NCBI GenBank assembly: GCA_040376705.1
Contig: JBEIQE010000001.1
Span: 58,193 to 122,192, forward strand
DNA length: 64,000 nucleotides
Direction: 5' to 3'
Source of the DNA: Micavibrio sp.
Lineage (GTDB): Bacteria > Pseudomonadota > Alphaproteobacteria > UBA2400
Of this stretch, positions 9,301-16,771 are shown in pieces. The translations under genes were made by a program, and so were the position numbers. The notes beneath the pieces are model-generated. The model was not told where the DNA came from. It ran no database searches and saw nothing but the letters and a program-made list of their open reading frames with translations. Position 1 is the first letter of the stretch; every line of letters starts with the position of its first letter.

Positions 9301-9867
9301 AAACCGGTTGAAGGCCAGCCTTCGGTGCTGCGTGAGGATGCCAAGGACGAGCGCCGCCAGTTACGTGCCCGCGCTATTGTGGGCCTTGGCAAGCCGGATG
9401 ACGCATTGGCGCTGCTGGTGAATGATTATAGTGAGCCTGCCACCCGCTTGCGGGCCGATATCAACTGGAAAACCCGCCGCTGGGCCGAGGCTGCAGCAAC
9501 CCTTGATGCCTTGATTGGCGATGCTACCGCCAGCGGCCAGCCGCTGAGTGATGAAAAGTCGGGTCTTATCTTGAAGCGTGCAACGGCACTGGCTCTGGCG
9601 GGCGATCGCACGGCTTTGCGTGACTTACGGATTAAATATGGTGAGCTGATGACCGCCACGGTTGATGGCTCGGCCTTTGCGCTGCTTACCCGCCCTGAAG
9701 TGGCCGGCGGTCTGCCAGACCGCGCGACACTCAACGGCCGTGTGGCTGAGGTTGATTTGTTCCAGAAGTTCCTTGAGCGTTACCGTAGCCCGGCGGCGGC
9801 AGCGCCGAGCGGGGAGACCAGCTCAGCGGCTGTAACGCCTGCAACACCGGCGGCTACGCAGCCGTAA
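6319..9867 (+). CDS. Large exported TPR-repeat protein with Pro/Ala/Thr-rich linker (1182 aa)
   Basis: N-terminal signal peptide (LMAWLAPAVALA). There is a roughly 120-aa proline-rich low-complexity region. The C-terminal half has TPR-like repeats. It is embedded in the flagellar cluster. Confidence 0.6.
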   Translation: MRRTGQSLLLRSSISVIALMAWLAPAVALADEVSLRAGERGNGVRMVFEWPQAVEHSAQLSGNQLKLTFARPAEADVASLTSRLSAWVSGASRSADGREITITLKQPAKLQSFISGTRVIVDLTPAAAIASTSPTPGADAPVAIPAAPAVRDAEVRIGRHQGFNRAVLRLASRPTINTNGNKLTLTAPAARRLTARQLEQLKLPQVEDVKQAVANDRLTLTFTLKPGVHTDSFRVPSGIGINFNDAPAAAAARPADRAPAPVAAPARRPVETAPITAEAKPPVTETAETPAPAPVAPATAAPAPVAAATPPVTTPPAVVPPAGTVTTPAVSIPASTDGEESVATVVASTPAEEAAPPAPVMPMDAPLPPLEMTVGKDTPLAVFQRGDALYVVVNEKNTPRELIPLVGSAMASSPRVELLAGEGGRIIRIDLTDKKVFPSISATPTGWKITFGEAAVTTAALAIKEDPDYSLGPRLFVTTGNPASPVLFADPVVGDTLAVIPVPAAATGVVSRIRTVQSELLPSYQGLVIKSWTEDLNVISTAEGIEISARSGFKLAERLLGEVDPVVPLSTPTPTNDSGINTSASPYMPPSFNFEAMGQPEIGKFTPERERLQNEIIKAGAGEKRRAWLDLANHFFMYGMPTEAAAIWQDQAKDNADLASRPEFALIRAIAAFSSGTLDNVKAALTAVNQPTTDSSLWHGMLAAKESDWVAAAERFRPALNRIWEYPEPYLSRLAIAAIDTSLQTQDYAQAEMLLGKLNDRYRMEERKPTPAVEYLTGALDFGRNRTDEARAHLGSAAQSWDQLWRARAELMLIDADIKDNRSRPADLAQRLERLRFAWRGDGLEFEVLHRLAKQHIAAGDFAAAFEDYAQMATKYPALATKANVDAEQKAAFVRIFQGEDRDRTPSYSQLAIWDRYPEFRPTQPSVLDDINLYLAERVAGIDLLDRAAGFYNDVLKSTTDAAARAALGTKISGLYLLDHKYTEAIEALDVTEPKPVEGQPSVLREDAKDERRQLRARAIVGLGKPDDALALLVNDYSEPATRLRADINWKTRRWAEAAATLDALIGDATASGQPLSDEKSGLILKRATALALAGDRTALRDLRIKYGELMTATVDGSAFALLTRPEVAGGLPDRATLNGRVAEVDLFQKFLERYRSPAAAAPSGETSSAAVTPATPAATQP

Positions 9868-10282
9868 GCGCTCTTGCTTTGTTTTTGCAATTATACGCAC
9901 TTGCCACAAACCCGGCAGTGAATGCGCTATCGATAAGTGCTTTGGCAATTTGGGTCTCGGGCATAAAGGCGCGTAGACTGTAACTGGCGCCAGTTAAGGC
10001 AAAATTCCAATGCAGGTTAGCAAGCTGGCCATAAGCCTGTTTGGGGCTGGCGGCAGCTTGCTGGTTGATGAGCTTATATGTACGGCCAAACGCGCGCGCA
10101 TTGCGATAAGTCAGGTAGGCATAGAGCGCGGTGAGTGGAAGGGTTTTATGCGGGGCAGGTACAGCACTGCGGGGCGGCATCAGCTGGCTTAGTGTGCTGA
10201 TAACGCAAAAGCTGGTAGCAATACCGGCACCTACCAGTCCGCCAATCAGCTTGGGTCGCATGGTATCGGCTGTCTGGCTCAT
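9854..10282 (-). CDS. Small membrane-anchored protein, paralog 1 of 3 (unknown family)
   Basis: 142 aa with an N-terminal TM. It shares the motifs Y-x-x-Y-R-N, DW-N/D-F and AY-x-x-x-S-x-Y-x-x-K-K-x-A with the two adjacent ORFs. Confidence 0.5.
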   Translation of the reverse strand: MSQTADTMRPKLIGGLVGAGIATSFCVISTLSQLMPPRSAVPAPHKTLPLTALYAYLTYRNARAFGRTYKLINQQAAASPKQAYGQLANLHWNFALTGASYSLRAFMPETQIAKALIDSAFTAGFVASAYNCKNKARALTAA

Positions 10283-10710
10283 GCTGCAGGCGGCGGCAGG
10301 GCCTTGGCCTTTTTCTGGTGGTCGTAGGTGCTGTAAAGCATATACGCACCAATAGCAGCTGTAAAAGCTGTAGCGACGAGATGGCTCTCAGGCGCCCTGG
10401 TCGCAAAGTCGATAGCGGCTACACCCAGCAGGCGGCTGGTGTTCCAGTCGGCCACAGCTTCATAACGGTGGAAGTTAAGCGGTGTATGCAGCTTGGTATC
10501 GTTCATGAAGCCGGTATAAGCGACCAGATCACGCTTGCTGCGCTGGAGCATATATACATAAGCGCCTGCCACCAGCGTATTGCGGATGGGCCGCTCCTTC
10601 AGATCATCAAGATTAAAGACATTGTCCCCGAACAACAGCAGGCCGCCCACCATTACCACTGCGCTAATGGTTTTGCTCACTTTCATGGTGGCGGGGTTGG
10701 GCAGGGTCAT
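10279..10710 (-). CDS. Small membrane-anchored protein, paralog 2 of 3
   Basis: 143 aa. It overlaps paralog 1 by 4 bp and shares the same conserved motifs. Confidence 0.5.
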   Translation of the reverse strand: MTLPNPATMKVSKTISAVVMVGGLLLFGDNVFNLDDLKERPIRNTLVAGAYVYMLQRSKRDLVAYTGFMNDTKLHTPLNFHRYEAVADWNTSRLLGVAAIDFATRAPESHLVATAFTAAIGAYMLYSTYDHQKKAKALPPPAA

Positions 10711-10715
10711 GATGC

Positions 10716-11147
10716 CTAGTCGGTAATTCTGGGGCCAGCCAGTTTCTTGTTCTGATAGGCACTGTGAATGCAGTAAGCACCAACCGCCACATCAATAGCG
10801 CCGCGCAGGAGCTTGGCTTCGGGCTGGGCAGTCAAATGATCGGCAGCAACAACCAGTAAGGTACGGCCAAAGTCCCAATCGAGTTGTGCCTGCTGGCGGT
10901 AAAGCTCAGCGCCCTTGAGGGGAGTGCTGTTTGGCGTAGCGCGATGATAGTTTAGCAGGCTGCGGCCATTACGGTAAGTCATATAGCCATAAGCAGCCAG
11001 CAGGCCAAAAGTGCGTGCCGGGCTTTCATCTCTGGCTTTGGTATCGGTTGCCAGACTGTGCAGGCTCATGGCGCAGGCGCCGATGGCAAGGGCACTGAAC
11101 AGTTTGTTGAAAACGGGGCCGGGTGCATAGGGGGCTGGCTTGCTCAT
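10716..11147 (-). CDS. Small membrane-anchored protein, paralog 3 of 3
   Basis: 143 aa with the same motif set (YMTYRNGRS, DWDFGR, AYQNKKLA). Confidence 0.5.
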   Translation of the reverse strand: MSKPAPYAPGPVFNKLFSALAIGACAMSLHSLATDTKARDESPARTFGLLAAYGYMTYRNGRSLLNYHRATPNSTPLKGAELYRQQAQLDWDFGRTLLVVAADHLTAQPEAKLLRGAIDVAVGAYCIHSAYQNKKLAGPRITD

Positions 11148-11228
11148 GATTGTCTCCTTAAGTGTGGCGACAATTTAGTAAGCTGGGCTAGGCGCACGCA
11201 AGCATATACTGCGTTAAGGATTATGAAC

Positions 11229-11636
11229 TTAGTGGTGCAGGTCGTCGTAGATCATTTTAACCAGCTCTTCCTTTTGCCGTGCACCATATTCGGCATTAAA
11301 CGGCTGGCCCCATACCGGCGCTGGCCACGCGGCATCGCCAATACAGCGGGCAATTACATGCACATGCAGCTGGCGGGTGATATTGCCGATGGAGGCAATA
11401 TTAAGCTTGTCTGGCGTTGTGAGCTTGCGCAGCACATGCGCAACTTTATTCACTTCGCGCAGCAGCGTGCCTTGATCAGCCTCGGAAAGGTCAATCAGGT
11501 CGTAAACTTCGGTGCGGCGGGGCACCAGAACCAGCCATGGCCAGGTCGCGTTTTTATGCAGACGTACGCTGCACAGCGTGAGATCGCAGATAAACCAGGT
11601 GTCACGTTCAAGGTTCGGGTCGAGCGCAAAGGTCAT
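11229..11636 (-). CDS. HIT family hydrolase
   Basis: Carries the histidine triad HVHVHVIAR (HxHxHxx). 135 aa. It overlaps the fliP stop by 4 bp. Confidence 0.8.
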   Translation of the reverse strand: MTFALDPNLERDTWFICDLTLCSVRLHKNATWPWLVLVPRRTEVYDLIDLSEADQGTLLREVNKVAHVLRKLTTPDKLNIASIGNITRQLHVHVIARCIGDAAWPAPVWGQPFNAEYGARQKEELVKMIYDDLHH

Positions 11637-12439
11637 GGCGTAGCTCCCACGCCGTAGCTTTGTACCAGCGAGCCCGCCAGCATGTTCCAGCCATCAATCA
11701 ACACAAAGAAGATGATCTTGAACGGGAGCGAGATAACCACTGGTGGCAGCATCATCATACCCATGGCCATGAGGACCGAGGCCACTACCATATCGATTAC
11801 CAAAAACGGCAGGAAGATGAGGAAGCCGATTTCGAATGCGCGCTTGAGCTCCGAGATCATGAAGGCAGGAATAAGCGCAACCAGTGGCGTCTCTTCCGGC
11901 TTCATTTCAGCAGTGCTGTACTTGCCCATATCGAGGAAGAGCTGCAGGTCCTTATCGCGTACATGCACCATCATGAAGGCGTGGAACGGCTCGACTGTGG
12001 CCTCATAGGCGGCTTTCTCGTCTATCGTTTCGTTCATGTACGGCTCGATGCCGTTTTCCCATGCCTTGGTAAAGGTTGGTGCCATGATGAAGAAGGTCAG
12101 GAACAGCGCAAGCGAGATCAGCACCTGATTGGGCGGTGTCTGCTGCACACCAAGCGCCGAGCGCACGAACGAGAGCACCACGATAATGCGGGTAAAGCTG
12201 GTAACCATCACCAAGATGCCCGGCGCAAGCGAGAGCACCGTAAGCATGGCGATAAGCTGGATCATACGGGCGGAGCTGGATGCGCCGCCTTCCTGCGCAG
12301 GGCCGCCCATATCGAGCGACAGGGTCTGTGCAATAGCGGGCAAGGCCAATAGCAGGAAGAGGCTGATCAGGCACAGCTTGAACAGGGCCGGCAGGTGCGG
12401 GCGCAGGTTGTGCACAAATTTCATTGGGGGCAGCTTCAT
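11633..12439 (-). CDS. fliP: Flagellar biosynthesis protein FliP
   Basis: Canonical FliP segments are present: MIQLIAMLTVLSLAPGILVMVTSFTRIIVVLSF and GVQQTPPNQVL, with 4 TM helices. Confidence 0.9.
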   Translation of the reverse strand: MKLPPMKFVHNLRPHLPALFKLCLISLFLLLALPAIAQTLSLDMGGPAQEGGASSSARMIQLIAMLTVLSLAPGILVMVTSFTRIIVVLSFVRSALGVQQTPPNQVLISLALFLTFFIMAPTFTKAWENGIEPYMNETIDEKAAYEATVEPFHAFMMVHVRDKDLQLFLDMGKYSTAEMKPEETPLVALIPAFMISELKRAFEIGFLIFLPFLVIDMVVASVLMAMGMMMLPPVVISLPFKIIFFVLIDGWNMLAGSLVQSYGVGATP

Positions 12440-12720
12440 GATGCGGGAGCCTCGGGGGGAATGTTGCGCTCAATAACTTGGGATTCGCCGGTAGATGAGA
12501 CGAGCAGCAGATGCTCGGCCTTGTCGCGGCGCACGAGGATGAGCTGATGGCGGGCGTCTATCTGCTTCCACTCAATCACGCCTAGGCGGTTGTTGGGATT
12601 ATTGCGGTTAAGCATCGGCACGTTGCGGCCAAACCGGTTGAGCAGCCACGCGCAGAGACCCAGTAGCGACAGGGTAAAGACAAGCGCCATGGCAAGGCGC
12701 AGCAGCAGCTCCAAATTCAT
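12436..12720 (-). CDS. fliO: Flagellar biosynthesis protein FliO
   Basis: A small single-TM protein immediately upstream of fliP and overlapping it. It has the FliO-like L-x-V-x-R segment (RHQLILVRRDKAEHLLLVSS). Confidence 0.6.
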   Translation of the reverse strand: MNLELLLRLAMALVFTLSLLGLCAWLLNRFGRNVPMLNRNNPNNRLGVIEWKQIDARHQLILVRRDKAEHLLLVSSTGESQVIERNIPPEAPAS

Positions 12721-12792
12721 AGGTTAATGGGTAGCTTGGTTTGCAGGGACGGGCAAGGTTTCCCTCTTCCCCTGCATAGGGGATGGACTAAA

Positions 12793-13128
12793 TCAAGCCG
12801 ACTCGTCGCTCTTGCCCAGTGCCGCTGCGCTTTTGGCATAGGCGGTGCTGGCCTTCAGGCGGGTGGAAAGCTGCTCGATGCCCGCCTTGGCGGCCTCGCG
12901 CTGGCGGCCAAAGTCCTGCGCCAGTTCGGCCAGCGCCTGATCGATTTCGAGCAGAGCCGGTATATGCATACGGCCCTCTTCCTTGGGCAGCTTTAACAGC
13001 CCGGCGTTGAGGGCCTCGAGCTTGGGGCTCAGCTCGCTCATATCGGCGGCATTGCCCTCGCTCATGAAGGTGCGTAACTGCTCGATGGTATTTTTAACGT
13101 CGGTCAGCTGGTCAGCAAATTCAGTCAT
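12793..13128 (-). CDS. Hypothetical helical protein in flagellar operon
   Basis: 111 aa, acidic, predicted coiled coil. Its start overlaps the preceding FlhB-C-like gene. Confidence 0.4.
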   Translation of the reverse strand: MTEFADQLTDVKNTIEQLRTFMSEGNAADMSELSPKLEALNAGLLKLPKEEGRMHIPALLEIDQALAELAQDFGRQREAAKAGIEQLSTRLKASTAYAKSAAALGKSDESA

Positions 13129-13394
13129 TTTTCGTTCCTTCCGTTGGCCTCGTAAACACGGGCCAGAATATCGCTTACCGCCTGCAGGGCTTCGAGCGGG
13201 ATGCTCTCCTCAAGATCGAGCGCCACAAGAATTTGCGCCAGATCGGCATCTTCACGCACTTTCACGCCATTGGCAAAGGCGAGGGCAAGAATCTCTTCGG
13301 CTACCTTGCCATAGCCGCTGGCCAATATCTGCGGCATGTCGCGGCTGCTTCCCAAAGCAGCGGCAATCTGGCGGCGGGGCTTCTCATCGCTCAT
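13125..13394 (-). CDS. FlhB C-terminal domain-like (EscU/YscU/HrcU family) small protein
   Basis: 89 aa, similar to the post-cleavage FlhB C-terminal domain (VAEEILALAFANGVKVREDADLAQILVALDLEESIPLEALQAVSDILARVY). It has no NPTH motif. Confidence 0.65.
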   Translation of the reverse strand: MSDEKPRRQIAAALGSSRDMPQILASGYGKVAEEILALAFANGVKVREDADLAQILVALDLEESIPLEALQAVSDILARVYEANGRNEK

Positions 13395-14902
13395 TTAATG
13401 TATAGTCCCAGCCATGCCGGCCGCGTTTCAGGCATATACAGCAAGCCTGCAGCTATAAGCAAAATCAGGGCCAGCGTGATCAGGGCTACCAGCCCGCCAG
13501 CCGCACTTATTGTAGCGCGCATGGGCATAACCCGCTTGATTGCCCATTGGCCAACCAGCCCTACGGTGGCCCACCCGAGCAGAGCCAGAATAACAGCAAT
13601 TGCGCCATCTACCGCCATGGGTGGGACCGGCAGGTCAAAGCGCGGGGTATTGAGCCAGCTGTAGTAAATACCGCCAGCAATAACGGCGCTAATCACAGAG
13701 GCCATAACGCGCGGCATCAGCGTGGTGCTGGCAAATACCTTTTTAAGCTGCGCATGAATGGCCATGGCCAAGGGGGCTGTGAGGCCAAACGGATAGCGCT
13801 GGCTAAAGAAGCGGGCAGGCTTTTCCCCCCGGCCCATGGCCTCGGCCAGCTCGCGGATGAGGCGGTATTTCTTGCTCATGGCCACCAGCGTACCAGCGTT
13901 CAGATCGGCGGGCACATGGCTGAGGGTATCGTCCAGCAATGGCGGGAATTCGGACAATACAGGCTTCATGCCTACAGCAATTACATCGTGAATTTCGCCC
14001 TTGAGGTTTAGGTTGTAACGGCCATAGGGCAGCAGGGCATCGTAATCTATAGCTGTACCAACCGGCGAGGGCATGGGCGTAATTACCGCATGCCCGCGTG
14101 CCAGCCCTTCGGCTCCCAGGGCATCAATCACCTGCGTTACGCCTTTGGGCGTAGAGGTGAGTGAGCCGAGCATGAAGCGGCCCTGTGCGGCCACTTTAAG
14201 TAATGTTTCCTCAACAAAAAAGCCGTGTCCCTGGCACTCGATACACAAGGTCAGGCCCGTCGCACGGCAATTGGCGCAGGGGGTGCGGCCTTTGGCCTGG
14301 CAGGTATGGCAGGCCAGTTTCATCTTGCCGCGGCAGTTAGTGCAGGGGCTGTTACGATCGTTCGGATTAACACCATTGCCACTACAGGTTGGGCACCACA
14401 TTTCGCGCGCACCGTTACAGGCCCTGCAGTTGACCTCGCGCTGGCCGTGGCACTGGCGGCAGGTTTCATTCTTCTGGCCACGGCAGATATCGCACGGCAA
14501 AACCAGCGCTACGCGCTTGGTCTGTTTGGCCAAATCCCAGTCGCCCTGCTCAAGGCCCCAGCCGCCGGTGGGGCTTTTTGCCAGCCGTGCGCGTAGCTCT
14601 TCAACCCAGCTCGGATCTTCGGCCAACTCGCTATGGAAGCTGCCGATGTAGCCCGCCAGCTCTTCGCGGCTCTTGAACACGGCAGCTTCGTTGCCCTTGG
14701 GCAAACCCGGCACGCGGGTTTCGGTCGGGACCACCTGCAGCTCAAGCATCAAGCGGCCCGGAAGATGCAGGTCAGTCTCCTGAACAGTTTTGAGTTTGAT
14801 GTCCTCGAGCGAGTAGCCGTTGCCAACCAGAAGGCGGCGGAGCAGGGCCAGGGTTTTGGCCTCGGTATCAGAAGATTTGGGGCCTTCTGGAATATTGCTC
14901 AT
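13391..14902 (-). CDS. Membrane protein with DnaJ-type CxxCxG zinc-finger repeats (8 CxxC motifs) and C-terminal multi-TM region
   Basis: Residues about 140-230 read CDICRGQ..CRQCHGQ..CRACNGA..CPTCSGNG..CTNCRGK..CHTCQAK..CANCRATG..CIECQGHG. The C-terminal roughly 120 aa are hydrophobic. The start overlaps the csrA stop (ATGA). Confidence 0.6.
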   Translation of the reverse strand: MSNIPEGPKSSDTEAKTLALLRRLLVGNGYSLEDIKLKTVQETDLHLPGRLMLELQVVPTETRVPGLPKGNEAAVFKSREELAGYIGSFHSELAEDPSWVEELRARLAKSPTGGWGLEQGDWDLAKQTKRVALVLPCDICRGQKNETCRQCHGQREVNCRACNGAREMWCPTCSGNGVNPNDRNSPCTNCRGKMKLACHTCQAKGRTPCANCRATGLTLCIECQGHGFFVEETLLKVAAQGRFMLGSLTSTPKGVTQVIDALGAEGLARGHAVITPMPSPVGTAIDYDALLPYGRYNLNLKGEIHDVIAVGMKPVLSEFPPLLDDTLSHVPADLNAGTLVAMSKKYRLIRELAEAMGRGEKPARFFSQRYPFGLTAPLAMAIHAQLKKVFASTTLMPRVMASVISAVIAGGIYYSWLNTPRFDLPVPPMAVDGAIAVILALLGWATVGLVGQWAIKRVMPMRATISAAGGLVALITLALILLIAAGLLYMPETRPAWLGLYIK

Positions 14903-15177
14903 TACTCGTCTTCATCCTCGGTTTTGGCGGTTGGAGGGGCCGGCGGTAGCGGCGAGGGCTTGACCGGCAGCATGAGGTTCGAAAGGTTGGGGGCATTTTC
15001 TGCCGCGGCACGGTTTTCCGCCTGGATGCGGTCGAATACTTCCTTACGCATTACCGTAACGTCAGGCGGGAAGTTGAAGCCCAGTTTTACGACCTTGCCG
15101 GAGACAGAAACCACAGTAACTTCAACATCTTCGTTGATTACGATGGTCTCTCCGATCTTTCGGGTCAAATAAAGCAC
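14902..15177 (-). CDS. csrA: Carbon storage regulator CsrA (with Pro-rich C-terminal tail)
   Basis: MLYLTRKIGETIVINEDVEVTVVSVSGKVVKLGFNFPPDVTVMRKEVFDRIQ matches the CsrA fold signature. Confidence 0.8.
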   Translation of the reverse strand: MLYLTRKIGETIVINEDVEVTVVSVSGKVVKLGFNFPPDVTVMRKEVFDRIQAENRAAAENAPNLSNLMLPVKPSPLPPAPPTAKTEDEDE

Positions 15178-15303
15178 TGAGTTGGCCCACTTCCTGCAAA
15201 GCCTGTGATGAGCCCAAAAGGCTCCTATTGAGTATTAACAGGCCGGACCCGTTCTGACAAAGCGAAAAGCTGCAGAACCCCAGCCTTGAAGGGTAGGGAT
15301 AAC

Positions 15304-15699
15304 ATGGACCTCAACGGATTAGCGTTGTTCCAGCAAATGGAACAAAAAATGCACTGGCTTTCGGCCCGTCAGACTGTTCTGTCGGAAAACATCGCCAATG
15401 CCGATACCCCGTACTATCAGGCACGCGACCTCAAGCCGTTTGCTGCTGAAATGGCCAACGCCATGCCGGTTGTGCGCACCAATGTGAGCCATATCTCGGG
15501 CGGCAACGCCTCAACCGTGCCGGTCGTGGCGCGCGACCGCAACTTCATCGAGATCAGCCCTGATGGCAATCAGGTGTCGCTCGAAGACCAGCTGACCAAG
15601 GTTGCCGACACCGGCATGGAATACCAGATGCTCACCAATCTGTACCGCAAGCAGCTGAGCATGATCAAAACCGCCCTTGGGCGTAACGGTTCGGCATAA
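15304..15699 (+). CDS. flgB: Flagellar basal-body rod protein FlgB
   Basis: VLSENIANADTPYYQARDL is the rod N-terminal motif. The ATG at 15304 has an aggga RBS. An alternative TTG start at 15286 is given in the ORF track. Confidence 0.85.
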   Translation: MDLNGLALFQQMEQKMHWLSARQTVLSENIANADTPYYQARDLKPFAAEMANAMPVVRTNVSHISGGNASTVPVVARDRNFIEISPDGNQVSLEDQLTKVADTGMEYQMLTNLYRKQLSMIKTALGRNGSA

Positions 15700-15713
15700 G
15701 GGGAGGACGCATC

Positions 15714-16130
15714 ATGAGCAACGATCTCGTAAATTCCCTCTCCATCTCATCCTCGGGTATGAAGGCGCAGAGCCTGCGTATGCGGGTGATTTCAGAGAAT
15801 ATCGCCAACGCCAACTCAACCGGCCTGACGCCGGGTGATATGCCCTACCGCCGCCAGGTGGTGAGCTTTGAGAACGAGCTGGACCGCGCTACCGGCGCCA
15901 ATATGGTCAAGGTGAGCGAAGTGGGTAAGGACCCCTCGCAGTTCCAGCGCAGGTTCATGCCCGGTCACCCAAGTGCTGATGCTGATGGCTATGTGATGAT
16001 GCCGAACGTCAATACCCTGATTGAGACCATGGATATGCGTGAGGCGCAGCGCAGCTACGAAGCGAATTTGAATGTTATCGAAGTTTCGCGTATGATGATC
16101 ATGCGCACTATCGATATGCTGAGAGCTTAA
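15714..16130 (+). CDS. flgC: Flagellar basal-body rod protein FlgC
   Basis: MRVISENIANANSTG and the C-terminal EMVNMI-like region NVNTLIETMDMREAQRSYEANLNVIEVSRMM are present. Confidence 0.9.
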   Translation: MSNDLVNSLSISSSGMKAQSLRMRVISENIANANSTGLTPGDMPYRRQVVSFENELDRATGANMVKVSEVGKDPSQFQRRFMPGHPSADADGYVMMPNVNTLIETMDMREAQRSYEANLNVIEVSRMMIMRTIDMLRA

Positions 16131-16144
16131 GGGAGGGCTGACAC

Positions 16145-16450
16145 ATGGTAAACATGAACCAGATTGCAGCCGCCGCTTACGGTGCTACCTCCAAGCTGCC
16201 AACCGCTGCCGGTGAGGGCGAAGCCCTGGGCGGCTCGAGCTTTGCCGATCTGGTCTCTTCAGCCCTTGATGACGCGATTGGCAGCCAGAAGGCCGCCGAG
16301 CAGATCTCGCGCGATGCCGTTATCGGTAAGGCCGATATCAATGATGTGATCCTCGCCGTACAGAACGCCGATGTGGTGCTGAATACCGTTGTCGCCATCC
16401 GCGACAAGGTAGTAAACGCCTATCAGGACATCCTGAGGATGGCCATTTAA
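16145..16450 (+). CDS. fliE: Flagellar hook-basal body protein FliE
   Basis: 101 aa, with the C-terminal FliE motif NTVVAIRDKVVNAYQDILRM. It follows flgC. Confidence 0.75.
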   Translation: MVNMNQIAAAAYGATSKLPTAAGEGEALGGSSFADLVSSALDDAIGSQKAAEQISRDAVIGKADINDVILAVQNADVVLNTVVAIRDKVVNAYQDILRMAI

Positions 16451-16492
16451 GGCGGGATTTGCCATTAAGGCCAATCGTGTTATGCTGGCTGC

Positions 16493-16771
16493 ATGACTGA
16501 AGCGGATATCATCCAAATCACCCGCGACGCGATCTGGCTGCTGCTGGTCGTGTGCTCGCCGCTTCTTATTATCGCCATGGTGGTGGGTTTCGTTATCTCG
16601 CTCATTCAGGCGCTGACGCAAATTCAGGAAGCGACTATCGCTTTCGTGCCTAAAATCATCATCATGTTCCTCTCGCTCATGTTTTTGCTGCCGTTCATGA
16701 CGCAAAAGATGATCGACTTCGGCAACCGCCTCTCACCGATGATTATTCAGGTTGGTGCCTCACAAGAGTAG
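16493..16771 (+). CDS. fliQ: Flagellar biosynthesis protein FliQ
   Basis: 92 aa with 2 TM. LLIIAMVVGFVISLIQALTQIQEATIAFVPKI is canonical FliQ. Confidence 0.9.
   Translation: MTEADIIQITRDAIWLLLVVCSPLLIIAMVVGFVISLIQALTQIQEATIAFVPKIIIMFLSLMFLLPFMTQKMIDFGNRLSPMIIQVGASQE

Noticed and set aside
6319-9867. Possibility that the Pro-rich 1182-aa protein is the hook-length protein FliK
   Set aside because: It has a Sec signal peptide and a TPR-rich C-terminus instead of the FliK C-terminal (Flg_hook) domain. The proline-rich linker alone is insufficient.
11660-12352. 230-aa plus-strand His-rich ORF
   Set aside because: It is antisense to canonical fliP. Its low-complexity His/Arg/Glu-rich translation has no support.
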